A DNA stretch of 64,000 bases, taken from NCBI RefSeq assembly GCF_964355755.1, contig NC_092676.1, positions 22,896,871-22,960,870 on the forward strand. Reading direction: 5' to 3'. The DNA is from Antedon mediterranea. Lineage: Eukaryota; Animalia; Echinodermata. A program made the translations under genes and the position numbers. Numbering within the stretch: the stretch's first letter is position 1; every line of letters begins with the position of its first letter. The notes beneath the pieces are model-generated. The model did no database searches, was not told the DNA's origin, and saw only the letters and a program-made list of their open reading frames with translations. Below, piece by piece: positions 27,419-40,900 of this stretch.

Positions 27419-30400
27419 ATGAAGATTACAGTCAATTTGGTTTTCATCACTATTGTAACTTTAGCCCTTACATGGCCAGGTAAGTGCGTCACGTCTTTAT
27501 TACGTTTGTAGACTTAGTAGGCCTATATAAAGTAATAATGTAAAAATGTTAATCCGGAAGTTATGGAAGGATTTTCTGACGTACAGTATTCCTATATAAT
27601 AGTCCAATATTTCTATGCACTTTATTTATGGGTTTGGAGTGAAATTACACTTTAAAGACAAAATACACATTTTTAGCTTGTTTGTAATATAAACTGTATT
27701 AAAATAGCGCAAATTTTTAACAATTCAATTCTGTTATTATACAGTTTTACGCAACAACATAGCCTTGATATTTACGTACATTCATTGTAGTGCTATTATA
27801 ATTAATATTATTAATATTAATTATATATCTGTACATAATCTCATTTCGCAACTGTTTCTTTTCTGAATCATAAACTTTAAAGAAGTGATTGTTTCTGATC
27901 TTTGGTGTTTTAGAATAAAAATAATTTTTTTATAGGGTAAATAAGTCCATAGATTATCAGTAATAATGAATATATCGGTGTATCATCTAAATTATGTTAG
28001 GTGATATACAGTGTGAACATGTATACATAAATCTTGTGTATTCATAGAAAGACTAAGAAATAAAAATAAGGTTTCAATGTATACCAGTGAAATAATGGTG
28101 TATTTAGTAAAACTTGGTTACTAAGCCCTGTCTACACTAACTGTATGGGATATATAGACATGATGACGTCATATAAATACCATTTGGCATATCACTACCA
28201 TTATTTGGGCACAGCACACTTTTTGTAAAACTAGTTTGATAGTGTAGACGGGCTTTTAGGAAGTTTACATTCAAGCGAATTCAACAAGCATGTATGTTTG
28301 TTAAAATATATTGAAAATACGGTCATTTTGTTACAATAATGTCTCTCAATTTAGCCTATTTTGCTTTAAACATTTTTGTCTGCTCATTCAATAGGTAATT
28401 CTAATACTTAAAATCTTGTAGCAAAAGGCCAGCCATTATCTGGCTATGAATGACAGATGTTAAACTAACAACAAACAAGTGCAGCAGTTTGTATGGTATA
28501 ATCAACCAAAAATATTTGTATTATTTGGCATCAATAAAATTATCGTAATCCTAAGTTATGCTATAAATAATTTTATTATTTCTAAAAGTAGTTTCGCAAT
28601 CGAGGCTTTTAAAAAAACGATAGTAGATAATACAGTCGATTACTGACATGAATAAAGAATGGAAAGTTGAATGCATACAATATTAATGAAAGGAATATCT
28701 GTGGCAGAGGAAAATAGTTCAAGGATCAAGGATTAGTTTAATTTTAAAATATGAAACTGCTTTAAAAACACGTTCACTGCCACGGCGTATTTATACGTCA
28801 AAAATTGCGTGTCGCTACTTGCCAAGACGTAATACTACGTCAAAATCGTAGCACTTTTGTATTGTATGTAGAATCGCTGGCAGTGGTGATTGGAACAGGA
28901 ATTATCGCATGGCAGTTTATGAATGATGTACGTAAACGATAATCTAAAAAAAAATGTCATATGTTTGTTTGTGTTTATTCCCTCATGCATTGAATATGGT
29001 TTATACGATGGCGCCCTCACACTCAATATAATCATCTCAAACATGTCATAAATTGCGCTAATAGTAAATAAAAATAATAAAGGATGAAATGATTCAGTGT
29101 GGTTTACTGTTTTTATCTCTCGATGATAGGTTTGACCGATTTTAGCGCGGAAAATCTCCGACGTATATTTACGTTCCTGGCAAAGTCAATAAAATTGTTG
29201 GACCATTGCCAGTGACGTATTTATACGTCTCAACGGTTTTTCCCGCCATCGTATTTTGAATGACATCATGATAGTCTGTGACCAGATGTTACACTTTCAA
29301 ACTGTAATTTAATATGTAAACGGGACTTGGCACTGGGACAGAAATTACGGAAAATGCCTTGGCAGTCAATGTGTTAAAACTCCAATTTATGGTTCAACGC
29401 CCTTTAATTCACCAATGAAAAGAGTAGTAAAAATTTAAAAAAAATGATAGAACATAGGTAGGAAAATTGTGGATGAAAATTATCTATATCTACATTATTC
29501 GGACTTCAACGACTGTACTAAGCCAACTTAAAGCTCATACAATAAGGACACTACCAATTCAAATAAAATTAACAGTAACAAAAACGTATAACTATGGTTA
29601 ATGTGGTATATGTTGATTGATTGATTGAATTTATTTGATGCTCAACATTAAAATAACAAACAGACAAAAGACAAAATAACGAGCATCAGGAACACCCATT
29701 AGGCCGGAAAAACCAGCCCATTTCCAATGGGGTCCAAATTGCACATAACAAACAAGAGAAAATACAACATTTAAAAAACATATATATATATATATATACA
29801 TTAAAATAAAGCCCAGTAAAACAGAAAAATTAAAAGAGAAAGCAAACAAGTAATGAGAAAAATTGCACGTTATCAAGACCATTATAGTTATCAAAATTAT
29901 TCTAAATATAAAATATTGCGTTCAAAATATTTTTTAATATGAGATTTGAAAGTAGTTAAGTTGGGAATTAATTTTAAGTTTGATGGAAGAGCGTTTTTGT
30001 TGTCTATCAATAGCAAATCGGTTTCTTTTAATCAGTTATGCTAAGTTCGACAGCAGCTCTGACATGCCTAGTTAACGTTAATTACGTTACGGACATGGCT
30101 TTAGAAAATGAGCAGGTGACATCCGTTCTCTTGGACCATATCTTGTTCACAATGCCAACTTGTTTTGATAAAATACATAGTACATGATTATTAAAATAAT
30201 TTAGTAAAGTGTGATGTCTAATCTGGACAATATAAGATACAAATTAACACTCAGCACAAACATAGTTTGGTTTGCTTTGTTTTCTTGTGACGCCCTTTTT
30301 AATCATACTAAAAACAAAATAGTTGCTTTATTTTGGTATGCCAGAAGTGGAAACATTACAATAAACAAACAAGGCACGATTATTTACTTTAAATTATTAA

Positions 30401-33400
30401 GCATTGATTAATTCACGTAAATTGACGGGTTTCATTGATGGTAATTTATGTTTACCTTTTTTATTTAGTTTTCTGCCAAGAATCAGCGTCGTATTATGGA
30501 AAGGCAATTGGCGACTTCATGACATACGCACACAGGGCAGGAGGTAGTGTCTACGCTATCAATGATCAAACGATGTGGATCCGTAATTTTAACTATGATG
30601 GTACAGCTCCAGGTAATTATATTTCTATCGACTATAACAAGTCTATAACGACAATAACATCTTACAAAGCGATAACATGTTTGCTGAAAGAATAAATAAT
30701 TACATTTATTTACATCGGATTTGTGTTGTTTTTGTGTAGATGCATTTCTATGGGCTGGTATGAACTCGAATCAACCTAGCTCTGATGGAGAGATTATTCC
30801 TAAGGAAGATGGAAGGTAAGAGAATGCAATATATCTTCTTCAGTAGTAATTTGCATACGATCTTCATTGAAGAATTGTAATATATGAGGTACGGCACAAA
30901 CAGAGATCACCATATTTTAAATGTGTTACTTTTGGCGACACAAGACATTTAAACGGTTATCGGAGGACCAGCGAATATCTTAATCTATGAAATTACCACT
31001 CCACGTTCAACGTCTTTATCATTTTCCCCGTATATACCTTGGTTTAGGTAGACATAATAGGCTTAATAAATGATGCTGTGACACGTTGTTTCTTTATATT
31101 ACAGTACCGATAAGTTGGGTGCTTATACAAACCAGAATATAGTAGTAACACTCATGTCCGGAAGAGTTATTTCAGATTTCAAATGGATCTCAGTGTGGTG
31201 TAAATCGTTTGCGGTAACGTACTGAATTCAGTATTCCATTACAACTTTTGAGAAATAATAAAATCAATAATAATGGACGTCGAATTGCAAAGATTAATTT
31301 AGTTAGTATGCTCACTGCAGATTCACAACACAAGTCTTTATTCACAATGGCAATAGCTTTTATTTAGTGAGTTACTATTCATTATGGTTATGTTTGTTAC
31401 ACGTGAGTTTTTAGTGACGACTGTCGTCACACTAATATCAATGCATTCTTTAGGTCAACTTTGCCGATGTGTACATTACTGATGGGTTTCAAGCGCCTTC
31501 TCCTCATTCTTTCGGTGTACTTGGATTTAATCCAAGAGTTCATAATGTTAGAGCTGATGACGTCATATTCGTTGATAGCAAGACAATTCGATTCGAGAAT
31601 TTAGAATACGATGGATTTGGACCAGGTACCTTAACTAATTTATAGATATATAAAATACCAAATATGAATAAAGGTAAATGTAAATCCGTATCATAACAAA
31701 ATACGTAAACATCTAATCGAGAACAATTATATCGTCTCGTGTTTAGATGCGTACTTCTGGGGTGGAACCGGAAGCCCGAGCACAAGTGGATTTGCAGTTC
31801 CAGATGAAAACGGAAGGTAAGTATTTATTACTATTGTAATTATTTGCACTATTTTTATTTCTTTCAAAATGATAATTTTATTAAATCTAGTTATTTTCAA
31901 ATAAGTTGTTATATTTAAATAAGAAAATAATGAACTCGTCTATTAAAGTATTTATATCTTTAGCATTGCCAACTACAATAATAAGTGTTTGTTTAATTCT
32001 CAATGCAATGCCATTTGGTTTATTTTCAACACTGACAACTATTTATTTATTTATTTATCGACTCTTTTCAGGGTATGAAAGAACATTCTTTCAACCTTAT
32101 ACAAAGAAAATAACTAAACACTTCCAGACATAAAGATTTGGTCTTATACATAATTTCTATATAGAAAAGACACATCTAACTAAATATATACAGAATTTCG
32201 TGAATAAATTGAGCTAAGTTTGAGAGTTTTCTTTTTGGATTTGGTATTAAATAATTGGTGCATTCTTGTTCTATTTGGGCTAATGATATAATACTTTTGA
32301 ATATATATTTGTCGCACGGGAACAAGTACACTGGATGATGCATATTATATCAGATTTAAGATATGCACTATACACAGGTTATTATCGTTGAATGGAAAAT
32401 AAAAGAAATTACATTAATTTGGATGTTTTTTAAATGGAGTCAGAAATAAAATGAGTAGGCCTACAACAAAATAGAACAGCCAGATAGAAATGGCAAGGTC
32501 TTTGAAAACATACTTCGCCAGTGCTAACATCTGAACATAAAGCTATCCAAACATAAGTATTAAGGTCTACAACATTTAACTTATGATACCTAAAGTGTTG
32601 CAATTAAAATATATAATCATTAATTTTCTTGCAGCAAAGACCAACGGTTACGTAGATATACAGGCGAAACTATTACCATTAAACTTGATGGTGATTTAAC
32701 AGTTTTTGACATTGATTACATTGGATTATGGTGTGTAGCAGCTAGGCAAAACTTCGGTCATGTCGATATTCCAGACAGGTCGCAATTAAACATACCGCCA
32801 TCGTATACTGTTGATGTAGTGGTAAGTAGACATTTTAAACTTCATATACTACAACCAAAATGTGTCGGAAGCCATTGGTTTGTGTAATACGTGCATTACC
32901 AAATTTAGACGATAAAAATCACATGTGGACATGTATTGCGGAGTTTTCAATATCTACCTAGTTTATACTAATTAATACCATAACTTGTTGATATAGTATT
33001 GAGAATAGGTTTAATAAAAGAATGAATGAGGTATTTACTAATTATTCACCCTATACTGAAGCTGTAACTAGATAGTGTCTAACTGACTATTGCAAGTCAT
33101 CTAGAAACTATTCTAGCTGTATTTTTAAAACTAATTCTAAAAATATTGATTTTGCAATACATTATTATGTTAAACTTTCAAAACAGGAAGAAAATGTTGT
33201 AAATTGTGAGCAACTGAATGAGAACCTGCAAGTGCTCTGGACCATTAACAGCACCATGGTTAACTTCCAGCTGAGAGGAGACGTAGACGTTGATGAATAC
33301 ATGGCGTTTGGTATCAGTGGTTCAACCACAAGTACATCAATGGTTGGGTCAGATGTTGCTGTCACCTGGTTTGATGGACAGACTGCACAAGCAGTAGATT

Positions 33401-36400
33401 ACAATATAAATGCTTATTCTCAGGTACTTGTGTTATCTTGGTGCAAAATGTTGAATGGCGTCCCAGTATGTGAAAGAGTTGGATATTCACTTTGTAGATA
33501 AACTTGTGTTTTCGGATATGAATGTTATAGAATTATCGTTGTTGAGTATTTTTGTTTTTGTTGTAACGTAAGGAAAAATATGAATCTAACAAACACATTT
33601 TCCTAATTGTTATTCATTGCTTACTTACAATTAACAATGAAAAAAGACTATAACATGATCGTTTTATCTGTAGTGTTCAAGTGGAATTGGTGCATGCCCT
33701 GACCAGTCCTCTAGTAACGTCGGTATAAACGATTTAACTGGGATATCTGGCTATGTTGAGGATGGTGTGACCAGTATTTCGTATTCCAGGTTACTGGATA
33801 CAGGTATTTATAAAGTGCATATTATAGCTAAATTTAATAACTAGAGATCAAGATGACACACTTGTATAGAATTTGAACTTAAGTAACACGTTAGCTGTGT
33901 CTTTTTTGTTTTAGTCCTTTTGCATGATGTTTTATGCCCTTCCTTTTAGATAGGCTGTTAAACCCATTAAAGTCATACGGTATACAGACACAAATAAATG
34001 CTTGTAATAAACAATAACAAATAACAAAGCATCGTATTACATCTGATAGTAAAGCAGTTAATGATATCGGAAGATGTAAATTAAGTGTAGTATGCTTTTG
34101 CCGTAAATTATTCATGGGTTTTACTTTTTGATAAAAATAATGCGGGCCATGAACATTGTACACAATGATTGCATCATTCTATTTATAAATTAATTGAATA
34201 TTTTTCAAAAACACTAATAATAAATTAATCATTGGCAGGAGATGCAACTGATAAAGTAGTTCCAGCAACAGGGGAAACGTATGTGTCTTGGGCTATTGGA
34301 CCAATAAACAGCGATGGTTTAGCTACAAGGCATTCGGTTCAAACAGAAGGTATGTAAAGTCATTTGAACCGTAAAATCTCCTTCAGAAAAAGATATAAAC
34401 AACACACAGACAGCACAATTTAAGATACATGATATCACTATTAAACCGGACAGTAAATATTTATTATCATCAGTTGATTGTTTCATTTACTTGTAATATA
34501 TACGGTAATATTAATGTAATATTATTTCATATTTATAGTACAGCTAATATCTAAATACAGAAATACAGTTGTTTACATTGATAATTAACAGTGAATTCTC
34601 CAGAAAATGGAAAGAAGATCAATTTCGGTCGACTACCATTTGATAATTGCACTTCTCTTATCGAGACCGGGCCAATTGAAGGTTGGGACGAGTTGACCAT
34701 CCATCCGAATGTAACTCATTTTAACGCTACAATTGGTCCAAGTGGTGGTGAAAAAGGTTATACCTCTATAACAGGTACTGCATTTATACAAATTCAACCA
34801 GTTGATATAATCTGTTGATATAATATATTGATAAATTATTTATGCTAAATCTGATAAAAATTATTATTTCAATAAATGCCCAATAATTTAATCTTAAGAA
34901 TTGTTACATAGTATAGACGAACATAATAATAGGCCTAATATAAGTAATAACATAGTGAGTAAATAATTCATATAAACAACTTTCTTACTTTTTTTGTGCA
35001 GGAAATGTTGGATGGGGAATCGCTTGGTACATAAACGGTTTGCTTATTCCACGGCTAACACTAACTCGTGGAACAACATACACATTTTCAGTAAACGGAG
35101 GAAATGATCCAAGTCGAAGTGCAGACTACCATCCACTGTATCTTACCAATGATACAGGAGGTGGGTACGCTGCCATTGTACCGTCTGACCAGGTAAAACA
35201 TTAAAAAGAAATATAAGTGACAGTTTTTAATATGATCTCGGTAAGTAAGTAAACAAAACAACATACTGCTTTCATCACTGATAGAGGGTCTTCCTATATA
35301 GATGCAAAATAAATCGAATATAACAAATTGAAAAGAAAGTTATTAGTGATATTTACTTTGTTCTGGTTTCCAGAATTATGATAAAGCTCATGTTTAACTT
35401 GCTTTATTTCCAGATAACACAAGACATATATGCTGGTCCAGTATGTAAGTTCTGTAAAAATAGATAAAAGAAATCTAAACATTTAAAAAATATCGTCACA
35501 TAATTCTCTTTTTTTATCTTTATGAATTATTAATATTAGTAATGGCTCTATTTGATTATGGTCAGGGGAATCACACACTTGCAGTAATAACTCCGGACAT
35601 CTCGGAATAAAAACAGACCTATAATTGCTAGAGTGTGTTTTCCACAAAATTGCCTTCACACTATGAAAGCATATGATTTGCGTTGTGAAAAGAGTAAAAT
35701 AATTTCAAAAACATTTTTTTTTAAATTCAAGCGGGTCCGTTGTGTCAATACATAAGCACAGCAGAAGATGATCAGAGTGCAGAATCCGACACCTTTCAAG
35801 ATTATGCCAACACGTTGGAACTAGTCTGTAATTCACCAGGCTCAGGTACACTGGTGTTTACACCAGACGACAGTACACCTGACAAAATATACTATCAGGT
35901 AAGCGTATTCCATCAGGTAGAGTTAACAATTTAGCATATGAATGTTGTTGGAGAAATTAGTTTCTTTTAAAGTGTTGTCATACTAATATAAATTGTTTCT
36001 TAAACAGTGCTATACGCATCGTTTCTTAGGATGGGAGATAGACGTTATTGATCCAGTCGTTATAGGTAAATATGATTTTTTTTTAGAATAGTTTTTTTTT
36101 ATATAATGCTTAAAGAACCTATCTTGTATTGTATATCCAAAAGCTTATACAAAACTTTATCCTACATACATCGTTTTATTTATTTATTGTTTATAGTTAA
36201 GTTTATTATTATTATCTATTTGGGACAAAACTGGGACGTTATCCTGCAAGCATACCCCACATAAAAGCGAACTTACTTGACGTTAATGCTTTAAAAATGC
36301 GTAATGACCAAAATTTAAGTAATCTGAGGCTTCATTGTATTTCTACCGTTGTTTGCCTGTATGTAAAGAGAAACTTACATTTCCATTCGGTATACATGTT

Positions 36401-36975
36401 GTAAATGTATATGTGTAATATGTTTAAGCACAGGTGAATGCGGTGCTGGATGCTTAAACGGTGGTACATGTGTTACTATAGATGAAACTAGTTTCTGCAA
36501 TTGCACTGAAGGCTTTACTGGTCCGACGTGTAAAACAAGTGAGTTTGTTTTGTTTGTTTGTTGAATAATATTTTCCACAATGTTTGGATTTTCAAGAAAG
36601 GCTAGACAGTTTAAAAAAATGTAGATTGTCGTCAAAATAAAGTATTATAATAAATAACTTTTACTCTAGTCTTGGTTATAAAAAAAACAACCTTAAACCT
36701 GATAATACAAATGATGCATGCATTAATGTCAGAGAAAAGTATTACAATAAAGATGGAGGAGGAGATATTAGTTAGTCCTGCTGATTATTCAAAGACATTT
36801 ATTGGCCTAATAAAATCATATTTTTTTTAACCAATAGCACATTTTAAAATGGCAACTTAATTTCATTCTAAAATGAATACCGGTAATTGTAATGATTTAT
36901 AGTTTTTTAAATATTAATTTATTATTTGTGTGTTTTTTTTCAGTTCTTGTATATTGCCCATGCGCAGTACCATAA
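27419..36975 (+). CDS. Gene 2: Knickkopf/Skeletor-like protein (signal peptide, 2xDM13, DOMON, Knk C-terminal domain, 1 EGF)
   Basis: Signal exon 27419-27479 (MKITVNLVFITIVTLALTWP). DM13 exons start near 30470, 30740, 31105, 31454, 31748 and 32635 (YYGKAIG..VYAIND..FNYDGTAPDAFLW; WISVWC; YDGFGPDAYFWGG; [13 protein letters not shown]). DOMON exons start near 33187, 33674 and 34239 (YMAFGISG..SMVGSDVAV..SWAIG..RH). C-terminal exons start near 34592, 35002, 35414, 35732 and 36008 ([26 protein letters not shown]; [19 protein letters not shown]). The EGF exon is ~36434-36538, and a short last exon 36944-36975 ends YCPCAVP*. Confidence 0.85.
28124..28254. mobile_element. Small Harbinger-like MITE
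   Basis: AGCCCTGTCTACACTA at the left and TAGTGTAGACGGGCT at the right form near-perfect TIRs. Confidence 0.5.
28769..29373. mobile_element. piggyBac-like MITE
   Basis: CACGTTCACTGCCACGGC pairs with GCCTTGGCAGTCAATGTG. TTAA flanks the right end and TTAAAAA the left. There are internal GACGTA..TACGT palindromes. Confidence 0.55.
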
Positions 36976-37944
36976 ACCATCCATTAGGATATAATTATGT
37001 AGGCCTACAATAACGGTACAATTTTAACTATGATTAGTAAAGTTATAAATCACATATTCGGAATAATCAAAGGATGCAGTGGACATCAATTCATATTCCA
37101 TTTCTATCTATTATCAAAGGAAACGAATTCAAGTAAAACCATGAATAAAATAAAGCAATGCGACCGCATTGCTTTATATCGTTTTTCTTCTTATTGGTGT
37201 CGATTTCTGGCCCCTTTTAAATACTGAGAAACAAATTGAGGATGGGGTTAAATGAAATGTTTTAAAGAACAAGATGTGTTGTGTGGCAATATAATTTAGT
37301 GTTTTTCTTTGGAATCAACAGTAAAGTCGATTTTTTTCCAAATCAGTCAATATAATGACGTCATAATAACAAAGCAACCATGCATAAGTACAATTGTACG
37401 TTAATCGTCTTGTTTAATAAGTTGATATAATCAAAATGCATGAGCTCTGTAATGTTAGTATCATGGATATTTTTTTAAAGATAGAATTTGTACTGAAATA
37501 ATGATAAAGAAAATGTAGTTTACTCTACGCATGGATAAATTAATTAGTACTTATTTATCAATGCTCTACCTGATATACTTTATTATTTTACATAGTATTA
37601 TAAACCTATACATAGATATAAATTAAGATATGTAACCTTTAATATAATTATATATTTCTAGCCTTCCATTTTGTACATAGTAAATAAACAATAAATCGAT
37701 CGAACAGTTATTTATTTGTCGAAGAAACCCTTCATAAAATATGACTCACCAAACGAAAGCATTCAAGCATAATTCGATATACCTGTGAAATGCGACTAAA
37801 CAGGAGCTCACACGAACAATAGAAATTGGGATAATGCTGTTACAATAGGCTAATAAAGATCGAGCACTGGAGTGTGTCACACGCAGGCATTTGGATCTAT
37901 AAGATTGTAATCATTCGTGCAGTGAACATACTGGAGACTATTTG

Positions 37945-40900
37945 ATGAAAATGGTAAAGTTGGTCGCAATATCTGTTACGATATTGGTTCTCACCTCACA
38001 AGGTAAATATTTTCAGTCTTCTTGTACCTAGTTAATCTTGATTCGAAAACCGAAGATACATTGTCATTTAATAAAAAATATGTTTTTATTTGTAATACTG
38101 AAAATCGATAATTTATTCTAGGAGCACTACAAAACATTATTGTTTATATTGTAATTCTAAGAGTAACGAGATCGATATGAATAAATCGATATGATGATAA
38201 TAGCCTATTTCCTTTAGTAATATCAGAGCCATATCATAATTGTCCACTGCCATCCTATACTGCACCAACGTTGCGTTATATCATCAGTATTTATTATAAA
38301 TAAACTAAAATACATAGTATATATATATACAATCTGCAGACAGTACTGTTTCGATCTTATTAGATCTCGTCAGTGCAGCTCAGGTGGCTCAGCCTATATA
38401 TTGTGCCAGTTCTGCGGTACATTTCATTTCGAAACCTGAGCTGCACTGACGAGATCTATTACATTTCAGAATATCCCCGGGCGGTTTGGAATTAATGTTC
38501 TTTGCCTCTTGTGTTTATATATTTATATAGATGCACTGATGAAGGGCTAGTGTTACCCAAAAGCTCTGCTAACTTTTCTGGCTGTTTTACTTCTTGTTTT
38601 TGATTTAGCTTTTCGCTTCTATTTTGTATCTCCATTGAGATCCAGCCACTGATACCCACAGCATCGTCATTTTTTAAGTAATTTGCCTTTGGATTACTTG
38701 TTCGGCTTTTTACTGTTACTTAATGTATAGTAAACGTCGAAAACTAACCCGACTGGTATTTTTATTCTAATTAACTTCCTCAACCTAACCACACAAAGTT
38801 TAAACGTGTCGACGTGACAATCAACTAAATCTCATAATCTCCTTGTGTCATTTCACAGTTATGTACCTATTCTTTAGTTGTTTTGTATTCTAATGTTGGG
38901 TATAATAGTCATTCTTAATACAGTGAAAGTCTCTGTTGTTATTCACATTGTGTACCTGTTTGATAGTGGTACAAGATTCAGTTGATTGGGTATACATAAC
39001 AGAGTTACGCTTGTGTCATTCATTAGATAATAGGGTTGAGCTTTGCGGCCATTCACTCGTAGTAATTTGTCAATAATAAAGTAAGAAACCCAATGTCATA
39101 GTTCCTGTAGAGGAAATATGAATACTTATATATAACAAAGATCAACAGTAAACTTAAGGAAATAAAAAAAACTCGGAATTGCTGTACTCATTAGTGACAT
39201 TTTGTCGTTTTGGTATTTCTCGCCCTTTTTGTCTTAAAGTGTTGTTTGTGTTTGTCAAATAGTTAAATGAAATAGATGCTTATTGCAATTTTGAAGATTA
39301 AAAATATAAGTCCGAAACATTAATTTGTTCTAATATAATTACGGTGATGGTTGGGTTTGTAGCGCCTGCCACTGACGTGTGAATTCGCAATGCCAAGTCA
39401 TTCTATAAAAAAAACAACATCCAAATACTGTATACAATAATACAAAAAATAATCACTTTCGAAAATATTTTGAATTTCTTAACTAATATTTATATCATAA
39501 CATGCATATTCATTGTATTGTTTTATACACACGTCACTCTTCACTTAATAGTATATTCATCGTTGGTATATTACAACTAAACAAGAAATTTTGGGTTTTT
39601 TTTCAGTTTTATGTCAAGAATCCGTGTCATATTTTGGAAAGTTCATCGGTAACTTTGTCCAACTAGCCCACAACGTACAAGGCAGTGTATATGCCATTGA
39701 CGACCGGACACTTTGGATTCGCGGGTTTAGCTACGATGGTACAGCTCCAGGTAAAGAAATACTATTATACTATAAACATGATAGTCATACCAATAATTGA
39801 TTATTAGTTATTATACTTTAGTCATTCTACGCCGACAATCGAACACTGTATACGTGGGAACAGTTACAGTAGTAGGCCTACTAGTATTATCATAGGATGA
39901 AACATAGTAACCAATAAATAATACACAAATATCTTAGGATACGGTACTGTCGATTTGATTTTAGATAAAAATTTGATAAGATTCGTAAAGCATTATTGTA
40001 CCGACCCTTATGTCGATAAACGTATGTGTCCCTAAACATTTACTTACAGGTACTGTACTAGCTTATAACTTTTTATTCTAATGATTATAAAATTATGTAA
40101 AATCCCAATTTAAACATACGTTCATTTGTCTATAATAGATGCATTTCTCTGGGCTGGTACGACAGACCAACCCAGTGCTCAAGGGGAAATTATCCCGAAG
40201 GAAGATGGAAGGTTAATACAGGTTTAATTTTATCCAATTTCACATAGATCTGTATTTTTTAGTATTATTCATAATCCACATTATCGTAGATCAGAACCAA
40301 CAATGAACAATATTGAGCTTTCGATTTACGACAACCGATGACCGACAACTAACCTGTCAGGTCAATCAATGTGTTGTCGGCCGTTCGCCTGAACCGAGAA
40401 ACCATCAAACCTGTATTGAGTTGGGAAGGGAGGACATACATTAATCGATGCGTTTAGACATAGGCCTAAAGATCAACAGTCCAAAAGAAATATTGCACAC
40501 TTTCATAACGATTTGAACATTCGCAGAATGGTTAATGTGTAAGTGTTCATACATCCGTAAACAAAATTGATTGTGCTACTTTTAAGTTATAAATAACGTT
40601 TTCTTTAAAATGTATCAGTGAATGAGTTATGCATAGAAATAAATTTCAACTGAAGATGTATGATTATAATTAGCAAAAACTGACGATAAGTACTTTGAAT
40701 TACAGTACGACGGTGAGGTTAGGCGCATATACGAACCAGGATATTGTCATATCATTGGAATCAGGAAAGGTTATTTCTGGTTACAGATGGATTTCTGTTT
40801 GGTGTCGAAGTTTTACGGTAAGCCTACCATTTTGTGTTACGTATTGTACCTTACAAAATCGCATATTCGCTTCTCGACTATAATTTATATTTGATTTGAT

